From: Gemmatimonadales bacterium | GTDB taxonomy: Bacteria > Gemmatimonadota > Gemmatimonadetes > Gemmatimonadales > GWC2-71-9 | Direction: 5' to 3' | Length of the DNA stretch: 38,921 nucleotides | Assembly (NCBI GenBank): GCA_039930805.1 | Contig: JBDTTD010000001.1 | Span: forward strand, 1 to 38,921 | Shown here: positions 1-7,665 of the stretch, in pieces | Position numbering within the stretch: the stretch's first letter is position 1 | How the letters are laid out: the number at the start of each line of letters is the position of its first letter | Made by a program: the position numbers and the translations under genes | The notes under the pieces: generated by a model | Seen by the model: only the letters and a program-made list of their open reading frames with translations | Told to the model about the DNA's origin: nothing | Databases searched by the model: none

Positions 1-801
1 CGCCTGGGACAGGCCCTCGGACTCTGAGGGAAGCATGACCAGGTCCAGCAGATCGTATAGTGGGCGTACCTCCGAGATGAATGGGATGCAGACCACCGCG
101 TGGGGGGCCGCCACAGTCCCCGCCAGCTGGCCCAGTCGGCTCTGCGGCTCCACCCCGGCCAACACCAGCCGCACCGGCGTCCGGACTTCCGCCAGCGCCC
201 GCAATACGACCTCCTGATCCTTGGGGCGGGCAATAATGCCGATGGTGCGCCGTCCCTGCTCCCAGCCGATGCGCACTTTCCACTCACCGATGGCGGTGTC
301 GCTTACGGGCACATCGATCCGCGCGGTGACGACTCCGTTGGGAATCACCGTCAGCTTCCGTTCTGGAGTGCCCCGCCGGATCAACGCCTCTCCCACCGCG
401 CGGCTCACTGCGACCACCTGGGCGGCCACCCGGCCCATGAGCCAGTTTTCGAGGATGAAGGTGCGCGGCATCTGGCGGCGGGTAACGACCAGCGGCGATT
501 GCAGCCGCCCGGTGAGGGCCAGCCAGGTCAGCGCCTCACGATCCCGGGCACTCTGGGAGTTGATCAGATCCACTGGATACCGGTCCAGCAGCGCGGCGAG
601 CTTCGCCGCATTGTCCCGCCGCCGGTGCGGTTCGAGCTTGAGTGCATGGACCTCGAGCCCGCCGGATCGGGCAAGAGTCTCGACTTCGGAGCCGGGAGGG
701 CAGACGAAGCGCACATGCATCCCTCCGCGCGCCAGCCCCAGACTGAGATGAAGCGTTGAAGTCACCGACCCGGCTCCGCCACCCTGGTGGAGCACCTGCA
801 T
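1..801 (-). CDS. glycosyltransferase family 4 (GT-B fold), C-terminus cut by window edge
   Basis: Not in the ORF track because no stop lies in the window. My reverse-strand translation from ATG (801..799) reads MQVLHQGGGAGSVTSTLHLSLGLARGGMHVRFVCPPGSEVETLARSGGLEVHAL...IPFISEVRPLYDLLDLVMLPSESEGLSQA and stays open to nt 1 (267 codons). The Gly-rich N-terminus and the start of an E-x7-E block are typical of GT4 enzymes. Confidence 0.75.
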   Translation of the reverse strand, partial: MQVLHQGGGAGSVTSTLHLSLGLARGGMHVRFVCPPGSEVETLARSGGLEVHALKLEPHRRRDNAAKLAALLDRYPVDLINSQSARDREALTWLALTGRLQSPLVVTRRQMPRTFILENWLMGRVAAQVVAVSRAVGEALIRRGTPERKLTVIPNGVVTARIDVPVSDTAIGEWKVRIGWEQGRRTIGIIARPKDQEVVLRALAEVRTPVRLVLAGVEPQSRLGQLAGTVAAPHAVVCIPFISEVRPLYDLLDLVMLPSESEGLSQA

Positions 802-870
802 GACGGATGTGCTCACCGAGCTGGCGTCCGGTTGGCCCGCGGCACCGTCCGCCGATACATTGAGGCCCGA

Positions 871-1803
871 ATGCATATCGCCCTCTACACTCATAGTCGC
901 CTGCCGGTGGAGGGTTACGGCGGCACCCAGCGGGTGGTGGTGTGGCTGGCGCGAGGACTGGTCGAGCTAGGCCACCGGGTAACACTGCTCGCACCGGCCG
1001 GGTCCCGCGTTGCCGGGGCGGAGATGGTCCCGCTGGATTCGCGCGAGATCGCTCGGCCGGGCTTCGACCTCACCCACCTGCTGCCTGCTTCGGCCGAGAT
1101 TCTGCATGCTCATGGTCCCCTCCGTACGACTCCTGACCATCCGCACGTGTTCACGCTGCATGGGAACTACGGTCCGGGCAGAGGCCCGCTCCCCAACACC
1201 ATCTTCGTCAGCGCAGATCACGCCCGCCGTCATGGCGGCACCGCTTTCGTGTATAACGGGGTGGATCCTTCGGAATTCACCTTTCGTCCCGACAAGGCCG
1301 ATTATGACCTCTTCCTCGGCCGGCTGCACACGGTCAAAGGGTACCGCTGGGCGATCCAGGGCGCCAAGCGCAGTGGGCGACGTATCGTCGTGGCCGGCGG
1401 GTGGCGGCCCAGCCTCAGCCGCCGGGTTCGGTTCGTGGGCAGTGTGGACGGAGAGAGAAAGACGGGACTGCTGGCCGGTGCCCGGTGCCTGTGGATGCCG
1501 GCGCTGTGGGATGAGCCTTTCGGCTTGACCCTGGTCGAGGCGATGATGAGCGGCACGCCGGTGCTGGGCACCCGGCGAGGAGCGCTGCCCGAAGTGATCT
1601 CGAATGAGGTCGGCGCCCTCGGAGACTCCGTCGATGAGTTGGTAGCGCTCCGATCCTCGATCGAGCGCTGTGATCCGCACGCATGCCGCCGCCGGGCCGA
1701 GCGCTGGTTCAGCCACACAACCATGGCGGAGGAGTACCTGCGCATGTACCGCCACTACCTGGCAACACACGAGCTCCCGGAGGGCCGGCCTACAGCGCCG
1801 TGA
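871..1803 (+). CDS. glycosyltransferase family 4
   Basis: Track ORF 787..1803. I prefer the internal ATG at 871 (MHIALYTHSRLPVEGYGGTQRVVVWLARGLVELGHRVTLLAP...), a typical GT4 N-terminus. The C-terminal half carries WMPALWDEPFGLTLVEAMMSGTPVLG (E-x7-E region). Divergent from the 1..801 gene. Confidence 0.85.
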   Translation: MHIALYTHSRLPVEGYGGTQRVVVWLARGLVELGHRVTLLAPAGSRVAGAEMVPLDSREIARPGFDLTHLLPASAEILHAHGPLRTTPDHPHVFTLHGNYGPGRGPLPNTIFVSADHARRHGGTAFVYNGVDPSEFTFRPDKADYDLFLGRLHTVKGYRWAIQGAKRSGRRIVVAGGWRPSLSRRVRFVGSVDGERKTGLLAGARCLWMPALWDEPFGLTLVEAMMSGTPVLGTRRGALPEVISNEVGALGDSVDELVALRSSIERCDPHACRRRAERWFSHTTMAEEYLRMYRHYLATHELPEGRPTAP

Positions 1804-3619
1804 CCACCGGCTCTTCGCCCCGGAACTGAAGGTCGTATAGCCGGCGATAGAGCCCCCCGGCACGGAGCAGCTCCTCGTGACTGCCCCGCTGCACTACCCG
1901 TCCCGCGTCCAATACGACGATCTCGTCGGCATCGCGCACCGTCGCCAGCCGGTGGGCAATGACCAGGACCGTCCGCTTCCGCATGAGCCGCTCGATGGCC
2001 TGCTGCACCAGGCGCTCGGATTCGGTGTCGAGCGCGCTGGTGGCCTCATCCAGAATCAGGATCGGTGGATCGCGCAGCAGCGCGCGGGCGATCGCGATTC
2101 GCTGGCGCTGCCCACCCGAGAGCCGGGTCCCCCGCTCGCCCAGCATGGTCTGGTAGCCTTCGGGGAGCCCGGCGATAAACGCCGCGGCGTTGGCCGCCTG
2201 CGCTGCCGCCTCGACCATCTCCGCCGTGGCCCCGGGCGAGCCATAGGCGATGTTCCCTCGCACCGTGTCGTTCAGTAGGATGGTGTCCTGGCTCACGACC
2301 CCCATCAGCGCCCGCAGGGAACGGCGGCCAATACGGGTGAGGGGCACCCCGTCCATCAGAATTTGCCCCATCGTGGGATCGTGGAAGCGGGGAACGAGGT
2401 CCGCGATCGTCGTCTTCCCTGCTCCGGACGGGCCGACAAGGGCGACGATCCGCCCCTTCCCCAGACTGAAGGAGACGTCGCGCAGGACCAGCTCGCCGTC
2501 TCCATAGCGGAAGGAGACCCGATCGAAGGCGATCTCCCGATCGAACCTGGCAATCTCATCGCCAGGACGGTCTACCTCGGTCGGTGGCTCATCGAGGAAG
2601 TCGAAAACCCGCTCGGCACTCGCCAGGGTCACCGCCATGGTAGCGGGAAAGGCGGCGATGGTCTTGAGGGGAGAGGTGAGTTTCAGCGCCGCCATCAGGA
2701 AGACGATGATGGCCTCGGGTGCGAGGGGGGCGCCGATCCCGACCAGGGCCGGCCTGGTGCCGGCCCAGATGATCAGGATCACCAGGAACCCGGAGAACAC
2801 CTCCGTCACCGGACTGGTGAGCGAGGAGAACCGCTGAGTCCGAATTACCCGCTTCCGGTAGCGGTCGGCTTGAGCCCCGAATCGCGACGTCTCCCGGGCC
2901 TCCTCCCCGTAAGAACGGATGAGCCGGATGGCGCCGAGCCGCTCACTGACGGTAGCGGTGATCTCTCCCCGCTCGTGCGCCCGGGCGCGCGCGTGGGCCC
3001 GCAGCCGCCGCAAGAGAGATTGAAGCCCCAGGAGGAGAAAGGGCACGAACGCCAGGGTGAGCAGGGTCAGCCGGAGCGAGATCTGGCTCAGGATGAACAA
3101 CGTCACCGCCACGACCACGAGATTCTGGAAGAAGGAGAGCAGCGACGCGGAGATGACCGTCTTGGTCTGATCCACCTCGGTGATGATTCCCGAGATCAGC
3201 TGGCCGGCGCGGGTGCGCTGGAAGAAGCCCAGGTCCAGCGTGAGGAGGTGGCCGAACAGCCGGGTGCGAAGGTCGCGCACCAACCCCTCCTGGGTGCGCA
3301 CCGAGAGCTGGGAGGAGGCATAGCTCATGGTGTTCTTGAGCACCAGGCCAATGACCAGAAGTACCACCAGGCGGCCGGCCGCCTGCCCCGGCGAGAGACC
3401 GGCTATCAGCGGATCCACCAGGCGGTCGATCAGCGCCTCCAGTTGGGTCGACCCGGCCCGCAGACTGCCGGCGCTCCCGAACAGGTGCTTCAGCAGCGGA
3501 ACCAGCATGACCAAGGTGAAGCCATCGAGCAGGGAGGTCAGCATGGTGGTCACCAGCCCGAACCCGAGCAGGGCCCGGTAAGGGGTGACCAGCTTCAGGA
3601 GCCGGAGCTCGGCGCGCAC
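1790..3619 (-). CDS. msbA: ABC transporter permease/ATPase, MsbA-like lipid A/lipid exporter
   Basis: This is the C-terminal 609 codons of the over-extended track ORF 1790..4729. GTG start at 3619 (VRAELRLLKLVTPYRALLGFGLV...). It has a six-TM ABC exporter domain, then Walker A GPSGAGKTT, signature LSGGQRQRIAIARA and Walker B ILILDEATSALD. Confidence 0.9.
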   Translation of the reverse strand: MRAELRLLKLVTPYRALLGFGLVTTMLTSLLDGFTLVMLVPLLKHLFGSAGSLRAGSTQLEALIDRLVDPLIAGLSPGQAAGRLVVLLVIGLVLKNTMSYASSQLSVRTQEGLVRDLRTRLFGHLLTLDLGFFQRTRAGQLISGIITEVDQTKTVISASLLSFFQNLVVVAVTLFILSQISLRLTLLTLAFVPFLLLGLQSLLRRLRAHARARAHERGEITATVSERLGAIRLIRSYGEEARETSRFGAQADRYRKRVIRTQRFSSLTSPVTEVFSGFLVILIIWAGTRPALVGIGAPLAPEAIIVFLMAALKLTSPLKTIAAFPATMAVTLASAERVFDFLDEPPTEVDRPGDEIARFDREIAFDRVSFRYGDGELVLRDVSFSLGKGRIVALVGPSGAGKTTIADLVPRFHDPTMGQILMDGVPLTRIGRRSLRALMGVVSQDTILLNDTVRGNIAYGSPGATAEMVEAAAQAANAAAFIAGLPEGYQTMLGERGTRLSGGQRQRIAIARALLRDPPILILDEATSALDTESERLVQQAIERLMRKRTVLVIAHRLATVRDADEIVVLDAGRVVQRGSHEELLRAGGLYRRLYDLQFRGEEPVVTAL

Positions 3620-3621
3620 CT

Positions 3622-5187
3622 TCAGCCGTGCCGCGGGGTAAGCAGGGCGATCGGCAGGAGTACTTCCTCGGGCGACACGCCTCCATGGAGGAATGCCCCG
3701 CGATAGCGAGCCTGGTATTCCCGCAGCTTGGTGGGGTAGACGAAGAAGCGATCCCCGGTAGCGAGCAGCAGCCGGGTGCCCGGCGTTCGGGCCGGCAGCC
3801 CGAAGCTGGCAAGGTCGTCGACTACCAGCGCCGATTCCGGGTCCTGGGCACGAAGATCGTCGCCGAACTTGTAGCGCAGGTTCGAGGTGGTATCGCGCTT
3901 GGCGAACACGGTCGCCGGAGTGTGGCAGTGAATCGAGCCATGATCGGTGGTGAGCAGCACCGGCACTCCGCGGCGCTCGGCCTCGCGCAGCGCGTCCCAG
4001 AGCGGAGACCGCTCGAACCAGGTGCGGGTGAGGTTCCGCAGCGCGGACGTGTCCCGGGCCACCTCGAAGAGGGTGGAGTTCTCGGTCCGGCCGTGAGTAA
4101 GCTGGTCGATGAAGTTGAATACCAGCGCGGTCACGCCGTCCCGGGCGAGATGCGCTGGAAGCCGCTTGAGCAGTCCCTCCCCGTCCGACGCGGTGAAGAC
4201 CTTCTCGTAGTGTACCGGTACCTGGCGGCCGGTAAGCTCGCGCAGCTGCTCGGTAAGCAGGTCGGCCTCGTGCGCGTTGAGGCTGGCCTCTTCGTTGTCG
4301 TGCCACCATTTGGGGTAGCGCGCCTTGATCTCGGCGGGAAAGAGGCCACTGAAAATGGCGTTCCGTGCGAACGGAGTGGCGGTGGGAAGGATCGAGAAAT
4401 AGTGCGCGGTCTCGATGTCGAATCGCGAGCTGATCAGAGGCCGGATCATGGCCCACTGATCGAGCCGGAGACAGTCCACCACCACCAGCATCGCCCGGCC
4501 ATGCATATCGAGTACCGGCCGAAGGAATTCGGCGCCGATATCCACCGACAGTGGCGGCCGGTCGGTGTCGCCCTCGTGCAGCCAGCTGGCATAGTTCCGC
4601 TGCAGGTAGCGGGCGAAATCCTGTCGCATGCTGTCCTGCAGGGTGCGCAACGCATCCTGGAGCCCGGGCTCGTCGGCCTGGCCCAGCCGGACCTCCCATT
4701 CGGCCAACTCGACGACTACCTCGACCCACTCCCGCCAGGCCAGCGGCCCGCCCCGACGAGCCTCGAGCTCCCGGAACCGGGTGGCGAAGTCTCGCGAGAG
4801 CCGCTGCTGCCGGATCCGGTCGCCCTCCAGCAGGCGAGTCACCACTGAGAGGATCTGGCGGGGATTCACCGGCTTGACCAGATAGTCGGAGATCTCGACA
4901 CCGATGGCATCCTTAAGCGTCTCCGGCTCTTCGCTCTTGGTCACCATCACTACCGGCATCCCGTGGTCGATGGCGCGAATGGCCTGGAAGATCTCCAGTC
5001 CGCGCCGGCCGGGCATCTGCTCGTCGAGCAGGACCACACCGTATGGCTGGCGCTGGAGGAGCACCAGGGCGTCGTCTCCGTGGGTCGTAGTCTCGACGGT
5101 AAAACCCTGTTCCTCGAGGAACAGGATGTGGGACGTGAGGCTCTCGACCTCATCGTCCACCCACAGAATGCTTTTAGGACGGGGCAT
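3622..5187 (-). CDS. PorX-type response regulator: CheY-like receiver fused to a PglZ (alkaline-phosphatase-superfamily) domain
   Basis: 521 aa. N-terminus is a receiver (ILWVDDEVES...VVLLDEQMPGRRGLE...VVMVTKSEE...YLVKP). The C-terminal ~350 aa resemble PglZ (VVVDCLRLDQW, FSILPTATPFARNAIFSG, LLTTDHGS, LHGGVSPEE). Length and architecture match Porphyromonas PorX (about 518 aa, from memory). Confidence 0.8.
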   Translation of the reverse strand: MPRPKSILWVDDEVESLTSHILFLEEQGFTVETTTHGDDALVLLQRQPYGVVLLDEQMPGRRGLEIFQAIRAIDHGMPVVMVTKSEEPETLKDAIGVEISDYLVKPVNPRQILSVVTRLLEGDRIRQQRLSRDFATRFRELEARRGGPLAWREWVEVVVELAEWEVRLGQADEPGLQDALRTLQDSMRQDFARYLQRNYASWLHEGDTDRPPLSVDIGAEFLRPVLDMHGRAMLVVVDCLRLDQWAMIRPLISSRFDIETAHYFSILPTATPFARNAIFSGLFPAEIKARYPKWWHDNEEASLNAHEADLLTEQLRELTGRQVPVHYEKVFTASDGEGLLKRLPAHLARDGVTALVFNFIDQLTHGRTENSTLFEVARDTSALRNLTRTWFERSPLWDALREAERRGVPVLLTTDHGSIHCHTPATVFAKRDTTSNLRYKFGDDLRAQDPESALVVDDLASFGLPARTPGTRLLLATGDRFFVYPTKLREYQARYRGAFLHGGVSPEEVLLPIALLTPRHG

Positions 5188-5208
5188 ACCCTAAACATAG
5201 GCGTAAAG

Positions 5209-5268
5209 GGTGAACAGTGAACCGTGAACGACCTGACCCACCCGTTTACTGTTTACCGTTTACCGTTC
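5209..5268 (+). promoter_or_regulatory. inverted array of tandem heptamers (3x GTGAACN / 12-nt spacer / 3x NGTTTAC) in a divergent intergenic region
   Basis: Read directly: GGTGAACAGTGAACCGTGAACG acctgacccacc CGTTTACTGTTTACCGTTTACC. As plus-strand RNA the 22-nt arms pair with 17 Watson-Crick pairs, 3 G-U pairs and 2 mismatches. The element ends 18 nt before the GTG start at 5287. Confidence 0.5.
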
Positions 5269-5286
5269 CCGCTGTAGCTTCACCCC

Positions 5287-6303
5287 GTGCCCCCCACTTC
5301 CCCCAACATTCTTGCGGTTCGCTTTAGCTCGATCGGCGACATCCTCCTCACCACCCCGCTGTTACGGGCCATCCGCCGCACCCATCCCGGCGCACGGCTC
5401 ACCGTGCTCACCAAGCGGGAGTTCGTCCCACTGCTCAGTCACAACCCGCACCTGAGCCGGGTGATCGGTTTGGCGCCCGGCGGATCGCTATTCACGCTGG
5501 CCGCCGAGCTCCGGGGCGACGGCTACACCCACCGGCTCGACCTCCATGACAACCTCCGGAGTCGGGCACTTCGGACGCTGGTACCGGGCCGCTGGCATGG
5601 GTATCCCAAGCACCGCTGGGCGCGGGCCCTGCTCATTCATGGCAAGCGGAACCGCTATCGCGACCGGCGACCCGTCCCCGAGCGCTACTTCTCGGCGGTA
5701 GAAGACCTCGGTGTGACACCCGACGGGGCGCCGCCGGAGTTCTTCATTGGCGCCGAGGCAACCGAGCAGGTCGAAGAGTGGCTGGGGTCGGTGGGCCTCC
5801 ACTCCGAACCCAACATCCTGGCCCTGGCGCCGGGGGCTGCGCACGCCACCAAGCGCTGGCCCCTGGAGCACTGGCGCCGGCTGGTAGGCAAAGCGGTGAA
5901 GGACGGCCTCGCCGTAGTCATCGTGGGTGGCCCCGACGATGCGGCTCTGGCGGTCGAGCTGGCGGAGGGGGCGGGAAACCGGGTGGCGAAGGCCGCGGGC
6001 GCCTTCGGGCTGCAGGCCACCGGCGCTCTGCTCCGGCGGGCGCGCGTTCTCGTCTCGGGAGATACCGGCGTGATGCACATGGCGACGGGAGTAGGGACCC
6101 CGGTCGTGGCGCTGTTCGGCCCCACGGTCGAGGCATTTGGCTTCTTCCCCTACACCAGAGAGGCCACCGTGCTGGAGCTGCCTCTCCCTTGCCGGCCCTG
6201 TACCTCCCAGGGCGGCCCACGCTGTCCGCTGGGACACCACCGGTGCCTGGTCGACATCGAGCCTGCCGTTGTCCACGAGGCGCTGGGACGGAGGCTCCGA
6301 TGA
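5287..6303 (+). CDS. glycosyltransferase family 9 (ADP-heptose:LPS heptosyltransferase-like)
   Basis: 338 aa. ILAVRFSSIGDILLTTPLLRAIRRTHPGARLTVLT is a typical GT9 N-terminus. It also has KRWPLEHW, SGDTGVMHMA and a C-terminal Cys cluster CRPCTSQGGPRCPLGHHRC. Confidence 0.85.
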   Translation: MPPTSPNILAVRFSSIGDILLTTPLLRAIRRTHPGARLTVLTKREFVPLLSHNPHLSRVIGLAPGGSLFTLAAELRGDGYTHRLDLHDNLRSRALRTLVPGRWHGYPKHRWARALLIHGKRNRYRDRRPVPERYFSAVEDLGVTPDGAPPEFFIGAEATEQVEEWLGSVGLHSEPNILALAPGAAHATKRWPLEHWRRLVGKAVKDGLAVVIVGGPDDAALAVELAEGAGNRVAKAAGAFGLQATGALLRRARVLVSGDTGVMHMATGVGTPVVALFGPTVEAFGFFPYTREATVLELPLPCRPCTSQGGPRCPLGHHRCLVDIEPAVVHEALGRRLR

Positions 6304-6686
6304 ACGGCTGGGATCCGGCGGAGAGTGCACTGCTCGCGCTGTTGCCCCAGGTCGGCAGGGGGCCCAAACGAGGGGGGATCTTTGCCCTCTGGCTGACCGT
6401 GCGGGTCGCCCAGGACCTCCTGCTCGATCCTCCGCCACCCGAACGGGCACACCGCCGCCGGGTGCAGGCCCTGGAGCGGCGCTTGTCCAGCCTCACCATG
6501 CCGCCGCCGTTGAGACGCGCGCTCGGTGCCGCCGTGAGCCAGTTGCGCGAAGTGCGGCCTGAGACTGCCGCCCAGGTGCTGAGCCAGCTGGTCGCGCCCG
6601 CCCGGGAGACCGGAGGTGCGGAAGCTGGAGATGCGGTAGCGCTGGCGGCGAGGCGGGCCCGCGAAGCGGGGAAAGCGGGTAGGTAG
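6300..6686 (+). CDS. hypothetical protein (128 aa), translationally coupled to the heptosyltransferase
   Basis: This is the tail of track ORF 5778..6686. The ATG at 6300 overlaps the GT9 stop as ATGA. MNGWDPAESALLALLPQVGRGPKRGGIFALWLTVRVAQDLL... I recognise no motif. Confidence 0.45.
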   Translation: MNGWDPAESALLALLPQVGRGPKRGGIFALWLTVRVAQDLLLDPPPPERAHRRRVQALERRLSSLTMPPPLRRALGAAVSQLREVRPETAAQVLSQLVAPARETGGAEAGDAVALAARRAREAGKAGR

Positions 6687-6698
6687 GCAAGCGGAGCG

Positions 6699-6777
6699 GC
6701 GGGGCAGCGGGGCAGCAATGCGAGAGCGTCGGCACCAGGTGGACAATCGTTAGCGCACTGTCTGCCCGCTGCCCCGC
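6699..6777. repeat. G-arm/C-arm inverted repeat built from GGGGCAGC octamers
   Basis: GCGGGGCAGCGGGGCAG (6699-6715) pairs with CTGCCCGCTGCCCCGC (6762-6777): 16 bp with one bulged G and a 46-nt loop. It lies between the stop at 6686 and the ATG at 6790. Confidence 0.6.
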
Positions 6778-6789
6778 TTATACTCCGCC

Positions 6790-7665
6790 ATGCCGCGCCT
6801 CTCCAAGAAGACCGATCGCGCTCCCTCATCCCTCCTCGAGAAACTGGTTGGGAAGATCGATGACCGCCTGAGCGGCGCACCGGATGAGGACACCGTTCCG
6901 ACCGGATTCGCATCGCTGGATCGTTTGCTGGCCGGAGGAATGCGGCGGCGTGATCTGGTGATTCTGGCCGGCGACGTGGGCAGCGGGAAGTCGGCGCTGG
7001 CCCTGGGAATTGCGATTCGAGCCGCGAGTGCGGGAACGCCCACGCTCTACTTCTCTGGCGAAATGAGCCCGGAGCGCATCCTCGAACGGGCACTCGCGCT
7101 GGAATCGCGGGTCTCGGTGGATGACCTTCGCCTGGGCCGTCTCGATGACGCGGCCCGTGCCGCGCTCGGCGCGGCGGCGGTCCGCCTGCGCGGAGCTCCC
7201 TTGCTGGTAAAGCCGCTTCTGGGAGCCGACTTCGCCGAAGTGAGCGACGCGCTCGACATGGTCCCCCCGCGCCGGCTGCTGGTCGTCGATTCGCTCCAGC
7301 TCACCACTCCTCCAGGCTCCGCCGCTCGCCTGGAGGAAAGAGTTGCCCTGGCAGTGCGCGCACTCAAGGCGCTGGCGCTCGCCCGTGACCTGGCCGTCCT
7401 GGTGATAGCCCAGCTTCCCCATCTACAGGCCAATCGCCCGGACCCCAGGCCGACGCTCGACGATCTCGGATCGCTGGGTGCCATCAAGCAGAGCGCTGAC
7501 GTGATCTTGACGATCTATCGGGAGGAGATGTACCGGCCGGCGCAGGGAGTCGAGGGGGCCACCGAGCTGATTCTGGCGAAGAACCGCAACGGCCCCAGCG
7601 GCTTCGTGGACCTGTATTTCTATCCCCGCTGGCTACGCTTTGTGGACATGCTGGATGCGGATTAG
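6790..7665 (+). CDS. DnaB-helicase C-terminal (RecA-like ATPase) domain protein lacking the DnaB N-terminal domain
   Basis: 291 aa. VPTGFASLDRLLAGG...LVILAGDVGSGKSALAL (Walker A), LLVVDSLQL (Walker B region) and IAQLPHLQANRPDPRPTLDDLGSLGAIKQSADVILTIYREEMY...ELILAKNRNGPSGFVDLYF follow the DnaB C-terminal motif order. Replicative DnaB is about 450-470 aa. Confidence 0.8.
   Translation: MPRLSKKTDRAPSSLLEKLVGKIDDRLSGAPDEDTVPTGFASLDRLLAGGMRRRDLVILAGDVGSGKSALALGIAIRAASAGTPTLYFSGEMSPERILERALALESRVSVDDLRLGRLDDAARAALGAAAVRLRGAPLLVKPLLGADFAEVSDALDMVPPRRLLVVDSLQLTTPPGSAARLEERVALAVRALKALALARDLAVLVIAQLPHLQANRPDPRPTLDDLGSLGAIKQSADVILTIYREEMYRPAQGVEGATELILAKNRNGPSGFVDLYFYPRWLRFVDMLDAD

Noticed and set aside
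1790-4729. 979-aa track ORF suggesting a giant fusion protein
   Set aside because: Only the last 609 codons are the ABC exporter. The N-terminal extension runs out of frame through the PorX-like gene and is Arg/Pro/Ala junk. A GTG at 3619 gives a normal-length MsbA.
2363-4848. Long plus-strand ORFs 2363..3706 (447 aa) and 3628..4848 (406 aa), antisense to msbA and the PorX-like gene
   Set aside because: The translations are Arg/Gly/Pro/Glu-rich and low-complexity, with no motifs. They lie antisense to strongly motif-supported genes. This is the typical high-GC open-frame artefact.
3622-5187. PglZ domain as evidence for a BREX-type phage defence locus
   Set aside because: PglZ here is fused to a receiver domain, which is the PorX architecture. 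The window has no PglX methyltransferase, BrxC/PglY ATPase, BrxL or other BREX component.
5488-7093. Minus-strand ORFs 5488..6450 (320 aa) and 5918..7093 (391 aa), and plus-strand ORF 5778..6686 (302 aa)
   Set aside because: They are antisense or out of frame relative to the GT9 and DnaB-like genes, with low-complexity Arg/Pro/Gly composition. Only the 6300..6686 tail of the plus ORF is kept, as a weak CDS.
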